DNA of 64,000 bases from Iphione sp. A-MEVVRFRX5 (Eukaryota). The stretch spans positions 100,378,001-100,442,000 of the forward strand of contig OZ320314.1 in the NCBI GenBank assembly GCA_976226885.1, read 5' to 3'. The notes under the pieces are model-generated. The model saw nothing but the letters and a program-made list of their open reading frames with translations. It made no database searches and was not told the DNA's origin. Both the position numbers and the translations under genes were made by a program. Below, one piece after another: positions 1 to 12,622 of this stretch; the stretch's first letter is position 1, and the number at the start of each line of letters is the position of its first letter.

Positions 1-3000
1 AGCGCGGACTTAGGTCACTTAACACAAAAGATACAGTCGAGAAGTACATTGTTTGCTGAAATTTTTAAAGAGTAAAAAAACAAAAAATCTGCAAAACGTT
101 GTATAGATTACTGTCTGCCTTGAGCATAATATTTACAAATCTGTAAATTTACATTGTGGAGCACAGTCGTAATGACCTGTACCAGTACATAGCAGGCAAA
201 TGGCGTTTTCAAGCAAATAACAAATTCAATGGAGCACAAAGAAAAATAGTATGTGGTGTGTTTATCTAATGTAGTATAGACTATGTGGAGAAGACTTTTG
301 TGCTATGCGGCTTGTACCTGACAGCGATGTAACATATCTGGAACAATAAAAACAACTCAATAGGTCTCTCAAGGTATTGACAACTTTATTCCAGAATTAA
401 GACGGTGAGTCTTGGATCTAATGCTTGCTCAGGTGCAGACCAATGCCAAGCAACTCTTTTTGATCTTATAAGCATACTTTTACATAGAACGCCACAATAC
501 ATCAATGAAATCAGATGCATGAACTCTAACGTGGGGTCACAAATGTCAAATCACCCTGACCTCCTGGTAAAGGATAATTCCTAGAACCAATGTCATAGGT
601 TTTTTCATTGCCTTCTATCTATTTGACACGGATCCTGTCCCTAAACATTTTCTCAGCCACTTGCCCTGTCAATAATAGCACTTCCCACCTTATTACTCAC
701 ACTGTCTTATCCCATCCTCATGTGTACAAAATACTTTGGGCATCCTGGCATATATACTTCTACCTAGAACCATTTGAGACTATTCTATCTTTTTAGAATT
801 TCTTCCCTTTTATTCAGTGGAACGTAATGGCGTCACATATCCACTATATAATATATTGACCTAGGTGAACACACTGCTTTCGAAAATAAAGTACCAGTGT
901 GTATCTATGAAGAACGTGTGATATATGAAACCAAGGAAAACACAAATAACATGAAAATGATCTATTGGTATGAAGGTGCTCTGGTTCCCTCCGAAGGTTC
1001 GATATCTCCTCGCTGGGAGGGCCGCGGATTCTGTCAACTGTTGGGGCTCCGGTGACGAGATAGGACGGGTTGACGAGTCGTAGGTGGTCGTAATGAATCA
1101 AGCAGCGGATCTGTCATCGGGCTACCATTCACTCACAGCCTATCGACTCATTCTGAAAAGCGCCCCCGGAACCTTGCAGTACTATCACCGTACACGCCCT
1201 ATTTTCCCTCACTACGCCTGCAAGACCGTCCACCACATCAGGGGGCAGGTCAAGCGGAAGCGGAAAGACGCGATGGTAACGCGGCCAACGTCGATTAGGC
1301 ATAGAATCAGGCTGGGTAAGGTGGCTTTAGCGAGGTATGAAGTATGAGCGGGTGTTGAGTTGTGACGTTGGCTGTAAAAGGGGTCCTTAATGTTTATGTG
1401 AGCGCGCGAATGCGATAATTTCCCGTCAGAAGTGGGAATAGTTAGCTAAGTTGTTCTATTGTTCAAAGGCAACTGGAGGTGCGTGTGGTACCATCTCCTT
1501 CGATGCGGTAACATTTTATGTGAGAGCGATTCAGAGGATGGGATGGCGTGGGCGGAGACTCTTTTAATAGATCCTGGTCGTGGAGTAGTTGTGAAGGGGG
1601 GGGGTTAGAATAGGCAAGGGACAAGGAACTGGTATTCTACATGTTGGGCTCTTCCATCAAATAGAAGAGTGAGGACACACAAGAGGGCTCTCTCTCCCAG
1701 GCATATAGTGGGTGGAGAGTTTACAGAGCATTCAAGCGTTAAGACAGGACATGGGCTGGTAACAAAGCAGAGTGACGGCGTGATATGCCTGAGAGAGGGT
1801 GGTGAAAGAGCGCCAAAGACTGACTACGTAGCAGGAGAGAAATCGGAAGAGGACAGAGGAGGAGAGAGGCGGCAGATGAAGATTAGGGAAGGAGGGATAC
1901 ACGGACAGCTGTTTGGAGAAGGGTGCATAGGAAGATGACGAAGAAATATAGCAAGAATGATGGAGAGGGCGGTTAAGAGTGGGTCTGCGCTTTACTTAAG
2001 CCCAGAGATGCTGACTAGGCCGTTGGCTTGGTAGATTGCAGGCCATGTGCAGTGTCTGATATAGCGTGATTAATAGCTATTGAACTGCCGCGCAGGTTAC
2101 TTCTCTATGGGAGGATAGAAAGGATGGGGTTTTCTCACTTGCATCCATCTCGTCCTACAATATTATTTCTCTCTTAGCTTGAAGCATCTTATTTCAGCCA
2201 TCTTTCCCTTTTTGCATACTCTCTCCCTCCCTCCCTTGCTCCCTCTATCTCGTTCTCCCTTGACATTCCTCAGTCACATATGTTCAATGTGCCTCAGACC
2301 GTGACGTTTATGTAATGAAAAAATGTGTTCTAAGCGTAATCCCCAGATATAATTTTTTTTATATGTAAACATTGATAAGTACGCTGGTTCCTCGGAAAGG
2401 GATACATCAACGAAGGCAAATATCTTTCAGAATTTGTCAGGTTTTACTAGTTTAAGCCATACGTAATATCGCTTCTCTATGATTAGATCGTTATAATCTG
2501 ATCAGAATTCTCAGATGTTGATGTCATGCAAACAACTGGGAGTATTGGGTAAACCAAGGAGCCAAATGCAGTGTGCACGTACTAATGTCGTTACGCTCAT
2601 GGTTGAATGTACTTTGGTCAAAGGAAAGACGGCAGCCAGTCTTAGAGAGACATTCAATGAATATCCATTATTTAATAAGAAAGAGCTACTTTGAAGACAG
2701 TCTTCCCTCCCTTTCCTCTTCCGCCTGAATGCCATGTCTTTAATAAGGCGTAAAATGAAGTTGTTGATTAGACTTGCTGGTGCTGCGTCCCCGGTACCAC
2801 CTGGGTGGTTCCTGCCTGTGGCAAAAACGTTCCGAAATTTACTTTCATGCATGGCTGAGACACCATTGATGTATTTGTTTCGCTTTTGCTGTAGGCATTT
2901 CGTACAGCCGGAGGCGGAAAGTTGAGGCTGCCTGGAGAATCGGAGTGTTGGCAGGAGGAATCAGGCTAAAACAGTCATTGGCCTGACCATTAATCACCAC

Positions 3001-6000
3001 AACGCAGACAACGCCATATTGGGTACGTCTGTTTCATCTTGACAACCTCTCTAAAACTAGGACATGTTTTAAGTCTCTTTGTGCGTATATTTGTGCGTGT
3101 GTGCGTGTGTGTGTTCAAGAAGGTTGCAGGGCACAAATTTGATTATGGTTAACCTCAAGTATACCTCTTTTCCCTCCCTCTGTCGGACTCGTAGGCACTT
3201 TGGCGGGCGGGGGCGGCGGGCTGGAGGGCTTGGAACCACACTCTGCGCGTGCACCTATGTATGTTCTGGGGTTGCTGCGTGTCTAAGTGGGAGGGGCGTC
3301 AGGTGGGAGGGGCCGGTCGGGGTAATGAGCTACCACTCAACAGGTCGTCCTAATGGGATCGACCGGCCGCTCGTAATATCCGGCCTCTTCAATCAAGCGG
3401 CGGCCTCCAATTATATCGGCGTCACTATCTCCGCACTCGTTTACAAAGGCCTCTCGTCGACGACTGGTCTCGGTGCTTACCAGGCCACAGGACTACAGAC
3501 CTAACCGTTAAATCACTTCCCTTCGAAAACCCACCGAGAGGGAGGAATTGAGGGTGGAAAAAAATCTCAATTAATATTCTGATGACTTCTTCCATTAAGG
3601 AAGAAAAATAGTAATGATTTCCTGCTGCACTCATATTTTTTGCTCGTTTCCCGGAGGTTGCATGTGACATGCAAATATGTCAGATAGCAGTTTGGAATTT
3701 CGCAATTAAGGAGGCAGTGGATAACCTCGAGGGACATCGGGCCTTTGGGCATCGATAAAAGGTCAGCTAAGTGGAGTCTGGGTTGTAGCAAAGGTCAGGA
3801 AAAGTGGAGAGATGTTGTCAGCACCAACCTGAATTATCCTCTGTATAGCATTACTTTATGTTAATTTCAATAGACTTATTACAAAGTTGATGACATGGTC
3901 GTTATCATTCAGCTTTTAGGGAAAACTGGAGTTTGTTTGTAGAAGCGAATGGGAATTTGCCAACGGCTTCTCTGCAGACTTCTTCAGACCGAAGCCCGAT
4001 GGTTTATGGCTCAGATAAAACAGAACTCCAGGAATAGACCATATTCATCATTACTCTGAACAAACATACCAGTAAGCGTAATCGATATGATGTGGATACT
4101 TGACGCACTTCCGAGCAAGCACTACAGCAAACTGAGAATTGTTTTCGACTCAAACAGTAATTTACTAGACCAACACTGGGCGACGCGTATGTGCGTACAT
4201 AGAGATATTGAACGACTGAAAGAGAAGGCCCACTCGCTCGCGTCTAAACCTTACGGCGCAGTGATATCATTATGGGAAGCAATTAAAGTCGATCCCTGGC
4301 TTCTTTGGCCTGAAGCCACCCAACAAGACCGGCACCCATGGCCTTCTCCGTTAATATCCAATAGAGACGCAATTAAGGAGAAAAGGTTGCGTTTAGGCCA
4401 AGCCTGAAGAAAGACTTAAGAGAGACGGTTTTCTACGAAGGTTTCCGACTACCTAAGGTTTATTTTGCCGTTATTGTCGTTGTTGTTGTATTGTTCTTTG
4501 TTCCTCAAGGATACTTCATATTTTCAGTTTTTCTTTTTGGCAGTACAGGGGGCGTGCTACATTGCTGGCACCATGCAGTAATGTCTAAAATATTCCCCCG
4601 GGTTACACTAGCAAAGATTCATTTCCATTTCCTTAACTAAACCCAAGATTGCATGCCACACGAGGCTAACCTTCACTCACCACATGTGAGATAGCGGCAG
4701 TCGAAAGATGAATACCTCGGCCAAGTTTGCCCTAAGTGTGGTCTTTACTCATTGATACTACGTACAGTTACATGTACATATGCACAATCTATCCTAGCGC
4801 AGCGAACGTCCCAAAAGAAAACGCACGCACACAGACACACACCTTTGTATCCTTCTCTCGCTAGGACTGAATCTCTTGCGGGTTTACTGGTCGTTATAAT
4901 AATGACATCAGTGACCGATTTGTCTCCAACTAAACCGACCATCGTACATTTTACAAGCCTAAATTTCTGGTGATTGGCAGTGGGATCTACTAACGATGCC
5001 AAGAGGACGCCACGAAAGACATCCTGACAAATGTGCGGGCGGTAGAGCGGGTGATGGAAGGTTAGAAGAGGCACATATATACATGTACAGGGCTTCCCGT
5101 AAGCTATGAAGGAGAAACTACAGTCGTCATATGTTTCAGGGATACAATTGAAAGCGTTTATGTGAAGGAGCATGCATCATGCGATATGAATATGATATCT
5201 ATCGCAAGCTGAAGTGTGTCTTTTTACTGCAACCATCGCTAATAACTTCCATTCATTTGTCGCCTTTATGAAGTTCGCATGGTTCATCGTACGGCAGATA
5301 ACGATTAGTGGGTCATTTTCAAGTACTTATCATGTGTATATCACCGGTAAAGCAAAGTGTAGGATTGCGGGCTTGCTGCAGGTATTTCACACAACATGCT
5401 ATATTTGGCCCATGTTCCATGTGTCAGGGGACTGCACAGTATGTTGGCAGGAAATGACAGTATTATGAGAATACCCTTGACCTCCTCCGTGTGTCTGGGA
5501 AGACGTAAAAGGGGGCATGGTATGGTCATCATGTGACCAATGTCTGCCATCCAATACAAGTGATCGTACGTGTTAACAAGTGGGAAAGGCCTGGGTACAC
5601 TTGTGGTGTATATAAAATCACAACACTACTGTGGCCCCTTTAGGTGAACAACTCCATGGCATATTTTGGACCTCCTCGGACCTACATGCAGTATTTTGGA
5701 CAAATGTGCATTTCAGCTATATTGAAAGTGAGTAACTAAGTAAGCTTGCACTTAAACATGTGGATTTAAATGATCTTTCAAGGAAGGACTATCAAAAAAG
5801 AATAAGGTCACAAAGTCATCATCAACAAGGTGACGGCAGTAAAGAAATATGTAAAGAGTAAGAATGATCGCATTTATTTTCATAATTCAAACCTCTGTTT
5901 ATTGGACAGTTTGAAACCATTTTTGCAATGTCCAGTACAATGTTATACCATTGCATGGTAAGAGTTGCTCTGTGAAAAGAGTCTTTAACGGTCTCCCTCT

Positions 6001-7214
6001 TTGTATCATCTACCTGTGCATAGTACATACCTTTGCTTGGAACAGTTTGCTATAGGAACAGAGTATCGGGCAGTCGCAGATGGTTTCTCTGATATTTGTA
6101 AGTCCACATTTGACATACTAAGCATGATGTCCCCAGATGCTTCACCTTCCCCCCACCCCTTCGAGCAAGGGAAGTATGGCAGGGAGCCCTGTCAGCTGCT
6201 CCTTCAGCACATCTTAAATCAGCAGACTCTCCTTATCCAGCGGCAGAAACCTCTGAACATTCTACAGAGGGACACGAGAATGATACACTATCGTCTCGGT
6301 AAAGTTACACATCTGTGTGAACTGATCAAGACTGAAATTAGCCACAGCCGTGACCCGACCGCCCTCAACTAGATCAGTTGGGTGAGGAGCGTGAGAGGCT
6401 TGCTTGGACACTAATCGAGTTTCTCTATGAATCTATTTATATTCCTGGCATAATAAAGATGACAAAAAACTGTAATATTGTACCCAGTTGTTCTAAATCT
6501 ACTTATATTGAGATTGCAAGAATGAGAAAGGTTAATATGAATATCATCAAAAAAATCAGTCAGGAAAGGTATTTAATGCAATTCTGTCGCGTTTACATCC
6601 CCAAAATAAATATCACGCAACTGTCATGCGGCCAAAAAGAAAGATAGAAAATAGAATAATACAGACGTAATGACTTAGTTTGAACGTTTGTTGAAGAAGA
6701 AATGTTAGCGCTAGCTGGAGGCAATCACTCAGTGCATACAGGTGTTTGCAGACGGGCAGCCTCAGCCAAACTGGTGTTAAGTGTGATTCATACGTGAGTG
6801 AAAGGGACGTGAGGAGTAGTGGGAGGTCGCTCGGACAGGCCGTGATCCAGGACGGCTCGCAGGTGTCGTGGTGATCCTCGAGCCTTCGTAGGCCTGACAC
6901 GAACTCAACCACATCTCGCAGAGCGTAAGCAGATCTGCTCACCTACGCAACTGCTCAGTATGACTGCTTTTTATACCTATAATGCCTGATGGCACATTCT
7001 TAGAAGGAACTGCATATATTTAGAATTATTTTGTACCCTTTCTTGGGTATATATTTTTCTCGAGGAATTTACTACATGTACCTTCCTTATTCAAGTTAAG
7101 CCTCGGGTGTTTGCCAATTTCATGCAGCAATACAATATTAATTCTTGTCTAAGTTATATTGGTGAGCATGATAATTGATAATTTTGTATTGAGCTCACAT
7201 TGTCAATGCACAAT

Positions 7215-8360
7215 GGGTTGATTTACCAAGGAAACTCTGGCAGATCAAACAATGCCTGGCAACAAAACTTAGTATGACCTTATCTTCAACTTATCCCTCA
7301 TACATAGTTATTTGGTTCACATTTTAGATTTATCAGCTGCAATTGATCATTTAATTCATGGCCATGAGAACTATCAATCAGAGCAATTTGCACATAGCAA
7401 CTACACTTAGATGACACCTTTTTCAACTTTGAATGTGCTTCTTTAGCTATTGTTTAAACACTGCACTGTCAAGTGTGAGCAAGGTGGTTCTACAACCTTG
7501 ATCCTACATATACAAAGCTCTTGCTGAACTGAGAACTTTTGGGCTTAGGCATCATTATCATATCCTGGGCTCGTGCTCTTGTCACCCCACGCTCCATCTT
7601 CCAAAGGAATTTTGTGCGGTGCATGTCATTAATCAACAAAAGCAATGCATATTCTCATCTTTGCTCTATATCCAGTATCCTGCGATTTTTATGCCACAAA
7701 CAAATGTGATCTTGGGATGACCAATGGGACAAGACCAGGCTCTGCAGTGCTCTGTACCACAACCTTTCTAATTCCAATAGCTCCTGCTTCTCTGGTCCCT
7801 GCAACAATGCCAACCTATAATTAAAATGCAGCCAAACATAAACCTGAAACAGAGTGCCCATTAGGTCTGCAGGAAGAAACTGCCTAGCTCTTTGAAGGAG
7901 GTGTACAACTTAATTTTAGATTTTTTAGATTTCATAGTGATCATTGCCCTGAAATTTAGCTTGTGGTCAATTAAGATTCCTAGGAAGGTGAATTCAATTA
8001 CCCTTTCCAACTCCAGCCCATCCAATCTCAGATCTAGATTTAAATTGCAGCATTTCCTGAAACACATGTATTTTGATTTATTTTGATTAATAATCAGCCC
8101 ATTATCTGAGCACCAATCCTTTACTCCGTATAAACTGTGCTGGGCCTTTGTCCTTAATGCCATCCCATTCACTCCCCATGAGGCCAGAGTAATAACGTCA
8201 GCATATAGAAAGATTTTGCTGGGGAATTGAACTCCAAAGATGCCATTGATCATCACCAGAAATAGCCAGGGGCCCAAAATGGACCCCTGCGGCACCCCAC
8301 ATGATATATGCAAAGAATAATTAGCACTGAATAAACAAAAGTTTGTGAGGTAGTTCAATC
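7215..8360 (-). mobile_element. 5'-truncated, decayed non-LTR retrotransposon (L2/CR1-like LINE): RT core, thumb, C-terminal region and probable 3' UTR
   Basis: ORF 7861-8358 contains GVPQGSILGPWLFLVMIN, YADV (the YADD catalytic motif, mutated), DWCSDNGLIINQNKSKYM and FTFLGILIDHKLNF. It continues after a frameshift in 7655-7861 (LHFNYRLALLQG...LERLWYRAL, matching the PHLDYC..VWG...LERLQ.RA pattern). Hand translation near 7590-7480 gives TRARAQDMIMMPKPKSSQFSKSFVYVGSRL*NHL, where the W of WNxLP is mutated to TAG. The YADD to WNxLP distance (about 237 codons) fits the family. The 3' boundary is approximate. Confidence 0.9.
7861..8358 (-). pseudogene. Reverse transcriptase domain fragment (LINE ORF2); catalytic motif YADD changed to YADV
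   Basis: The supplied 165-aa ORF carries the RT motifs GVPQGSILGP and YADx plus FLGILID. It lacks the N-terminal RT and endonuclease regions, and the downstream frames are broken. Confidence 0.9.
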
Positions 8361-11219
8361 ACATCATTTGAGTGCAGGGTTTAAGCGTATGATGGATGGG
8401 GAAAAATTGTACTGTCCGGATACTGCAGACGCAGAGGGGAAGACTTGAGAGGGATTCGGAGCTTCTCGTTGGGTTGAGGACGGATTTATACCGAGGTAAC
8501 GGAACGCCTGGGTTTTAAAGTTAATAGAATGCTACAGCGATTTGATATCCCTTTAAGTATCATATTAAATAACACTTTAAATAACCTTGAATACATATCA
8601 AAATACATGACATGCAGGTTGGTCATTAATTGTGAGTTCTTAGTTCTGCATGGTGTGAACACGCGATAATATACATAGCATATCAGAAATATAGTTGCGC
8701 CTTGAAATATTACGATTGCATGATTCCTGGGTGAAATCCGTCAGTTCCTCAATTTTTGTTTTAGTTAATACTGGTGACTTTCGCAGGTAAAAAGTATATC
8801 TTTATCTTTTACTAATTATACTCTGAACAAGGCTATTATCTAAAGGTACATATTTGGATTTCTTCTCACAAAGTCTACAACCTTTGAAGTGAATATATTC
8901 ATAAGAACTTATTATTGGGTAGCGCAATATTCTTTTACATGTCAAGCCAGTGGTCAGGCCCAATCATCATTGCCGTCGTCTTCATGGAATTAGACATGCC
9001 AGGAAAAGGCCATTTATCCTTGTTGAGCAACATGAGTAGCTTGCCTACTGCTCTGCTGACCATTAACCTGGAATAACGGCTGCCATAAAGACAAGCATGT
9101 GATTTATTCATGACGAACTGCAGTGCCATCACCCTGTAGCCCAAGAAAAAGGAGATCCGTAAAAGTAGATTAAAAAGCTTCTAACAATGGGCCTTCGACC
9201 GATAGGCTTTTGAAAATGTAGTGTAAAGGTCGTCACGCCGTGAGAGAATTTCTAGTAGAATGATGGAGTAAGCCTAAACAAGAGAGAGTCCTTTTTTAAC
9301 CTTGCAATACCATTCCCGAATTTGACATAGGGAAGCCATGGAGACACCGTACTACTTGCGGGAGGTCATTGCCTACGAAATACATGTAAATGGCTGAATG
9401 ACTGATGGAAATGACCTGGCCGGTGACTCTGAAATGCTCGACGGGGCATGTTAAACATGCCACAGTCGATTTTCCCTCGCGAAGACAAAAACCGTGACGA
9501 CAAGAAGGCAACAACAAGTTAACTGGAATTCTGAGCCAAAGAATTGCGATGGACGCCTCAAGATCATAATGCCGATACATAAGAATTGTTTTGTGGCAAT
9601 TTATCTTTTGCAATCAAGCTCCCCGATTCACTGTGGTTTTAGGTTCCAGCGTGATCCTGTCGACCATGGGAGCTGTTTGAGCTGCGGACAATAAAATAAA
9701 GCACAAAATAATTAGATATATAAATCAGCAGATCATCTGCAGACGGGTCTTCGTTACCAAGCCTCAAACTGATCACATCAGTGTACATCGGAAGAAGATT
9801 CTGGTATTGCTTGAGTAATGTAGCCTTCATTTTTGAAATCATCCTTTCGTAGAGCATGCGTGTTTTTGATTAATGTGATGATTACAATAAAATGCACCTG
9901 CTATTGAGATTAATAGCGAGGATTTTGGGAAGTGATACACACACGAACGTCGATCCGTTTCTGTGCAATGTTGCGTTAAATAACGAAAGAATCCCCTCAG
10001 AATATTTAGTTCCCTCAAGACGAAGAGATCTTATTGAAAAGTGAAGACTTTATCAGGGGAAGCCAGCTGTCTCCAAACTGATTAATCTTGGGTGCAATTT
10101 CATATTTTCTCCAGCACCGCATCGCGAAGACGCGGAAAAGAGATTGGTCGACAGATACAGATCCGTTTCGCATTCCCAGACGTATTATGTTTCGATTGAT
10201 ATTTTGCTGGACAGCGGCTCTGTTGATACGTCCTGATTAATGGTCTCCAGTGGGCGGGGAGCCTAATATTGAGCTTTCATTTTCAACCATTGCCCCAATG
10301 TGTTCAATCAGCCAATATCGTTCAACGCCTCCAATAATGGCAATCGGATGGCAAATTAATTCGAGCAAGATCGTAGCTTCCCAGGAGTCCAATCAATCTT
10401 GTTTTACTCTTCAAAAGTGAGAAGTCTTGAACAACTGGATGCTGGCGCCATTGTAGGGGAAGACATATTCTCACACGGGCTCATTTATTAATAATCTTAT
10501 GCCATACACTATGCTGTTGATGTATACGTGTAATCGGAGAATGGAATACAACGTATGTAATTCTCATGTATGGAAGGAAATATCATTCTAGTGTGGAGGC
10601 ACCATATGTATTGCAGGATAAAAGCAATGGTATTGATCTTAACATCGGTGTTCACATTTCTTTCAGTAGTCCGAATACCTACCCTCTTTCTCCAAATTAC
10701 CTGCTGCATGGCTACTATGTGCGTAACACCTGCCCCTTTTGTATCGATATTTGTCAAACAGTGCAGCAGACGAAGAGAGTGTCGGCACCAGCCAGTCTCT
10801 TTGATCAACAGGAGTGCTATATAATACCGTGTCCTTGTGGAGTATGTTGACGGGGTGGGGGGAGGGAAGGGGGGTTGTGAAGCTGCCTACATCAACTAAT
10901 GGAGAAAACATGGCACTTTAACGTTATGAGTATGCCCCCCGACAGATTCAATGGTGTCCATTCATGGCAGGCCTGCGGGACATAACACTTTTATGTTCAC
11001 GACAAGCGACGCGTGTGTTGGCTTGTTTGTTCTAGCACACTCGCCAGGTCGGACACATTACTCCTCGCAGAAAGCCAAAGGAAGCCATCAGAAACGCGTT
11101 ATGCAAAACAATCCAAATGTCACATGACCTCTTTGCCTCCTGGGGACGGCCTCTAGCGGGGCTGAAAGCAATGGGGGAATAGGGAGTCGGACATTTTATC
11201 TTGCTCGCCTCCAACCCAT

Positions 11220-11244
11220 TGTGTGTGTGTGTGTTTGTGTGTGT
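11220..11244 (+). repeat. (GT)n microsatellite, imperfect
   Basis: tgtgtgtgtgtgtgtttgtgtgtgt read directly. Confidence 0.9.
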
Positions 11245-12032
11245 TCGCATGTCTGTCCGATGATACAATATTCACACTTGCCTTGATCCCCACGTCCTCC
11301 GGGGTGCAATAAAGCAGAGCTATCTAAATTGTGATCTCTGACGCCACGCCGGTCTTATTAGACTTTGATAATTCCCTGCCTACAACAAACAGCTGGCTCC
11401 TCCCCGCATGGCGCGCTCAGCCTTCTAACATGTGCAATTATTAATTCTCCCTCGACTTTTACATGCGGCCCCAACTTAACGCCAGCGCCTCAACACATAG
11501 AGTTTCCAACCGGTGTCCGTTCGTCTGACGCTCCGTGCGGCTTCCAACGTATCGATTTCTTCACGGCAGTTGTGTAAGGAAAGTAAGGCTAAAATACCAG
11601 CCTTTCTCACGGGGTCTGGTATCGACCGTGCAAATATTGCTGCTTTTTATGCCGGCGGTTTACGGTGTTCCGCCTGAGTTCTTATGAAAGGGGTCCACTA
11701 CTGTTGTTACCCCGTGGTGTTGGAACTTGTCGCTCCGGGTACATCGGTCCGGGCGGGAGGAGGAATGCCGACACTTCGTAAGAAATGCTTGTAGAGTCAG
11801 CAAAGGTTACTGCAGCGGGAATTCGGGCCCGCCTAGAAGAGAGCAACACTGTGACGTGCCAACGCGGGTTACGTAAATCAACGGAGTGAATGCCAGCGAA
11901 AGCCACCTCCTGCACCCGTCCAAAGTGTACGTGTTATTGGTGGTGTACAGGGGGCGCGCTCGTCGGCTCCCGACATCAAATATGTATCGACGAGACGGGG
12001 GTCCGGGTTCGACAATGCCGACTGGCGTATTG

Positions 12033-12203
12033 ATTGGGGCCTGACTAGCCAGTGGGCCTATTGGTATTGATGCCAGCTTTACAGTGCATAGATGAGCCTT
12101 ACACTGATATCATATGCCAATAGCGACCATGCCTCTCTAACGTCAACCCAATCAGAGCTTTCTTTTGATGCTCATTAGAAGGCATTCAGTTGCCTAGGCA
12201 ACT
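12033..12203. promoter_or_regulatory. Candidate regulatory module: four CCAAT/ATTGG boxes plus a palindromic RFX X-box
   Basis: ATTGG at 12033 and 12060, CCAAT at 12117 and 12148 (CCAATCAG), and the perfect 16-bp palindrome AGTTGCCTAGGCAACT at 12188-12203, which matches GTNRCC-N2-RGYAAC. Motif evidence only. Confidence 0.3.
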
Positions 12204-12483
12204 TAGCTTCGTATAGCTTGAGGGGTTCCTGGTTAGGAATGGCGCCCGCCTGAGCTGTGAAGTGGTTGACAGAGCCAGAATTGTCCGGTTTGTCTGAGCG
12301 TGTAGAGTCACTCGTCTATACTGAGGCAGAGCACCTGCCGTTGCTGTTCGTACGTATCATGTAAAGGATAGGTTATTGGTCATAGGCCTGCATGCCTGCC
12401 TTGAAGGAGCATTAGTATGTCACATATCGTCCAGGTTTGATCTTACGTGATTACCCTATATAACTCAAAAGCTTCGCATGCTC

Positions 12484-12622
12484 NNNNNNNNNNNNNNNNN
12501 NNNNNNNNNNNNNNNNNNNNNNNNNNNNNNNNNNNNNNNNNNNNNNNNNNNNNNNNNNNNNNNNNNNNNNNNNNNNNNNNNNNNNNNNNNNNNNNNNNNN
12601 NNNNNNNNNNNNNNNNNNNNNN
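12484..12622. other. Assembly gap (139 N)
   Basis: Run of N in the sequence. Confidence 1.

Noticed and set aside
3570-3615. CTGATGA followed by a CTTCC/GGAAG hairpin, hammerhead-like; a similar case lies on the minus strand near 35545-35575
   Set aside because: The core geometry is wrong and stems I and III cannot be formed.
3955-4450. Penelope-like hints: CTGAAGA words at about 3985 (minus) and 4405 (plus), and ORF 4087-4407 with EAI and NRD
   Set aside because: No complete hammerhead core (no stem II followed by GAAA, no cleavage triplet with closing stems) and no convincing GIY-YIG pattern.
11938-12012. Possible tRNA-derived SINE head (GGTGGTGTACAGG ... CCGGGTTCGAC)
   Set aside because: Both boxes are imperfect, the spacing is long, and there is no cloverleaf or tail.
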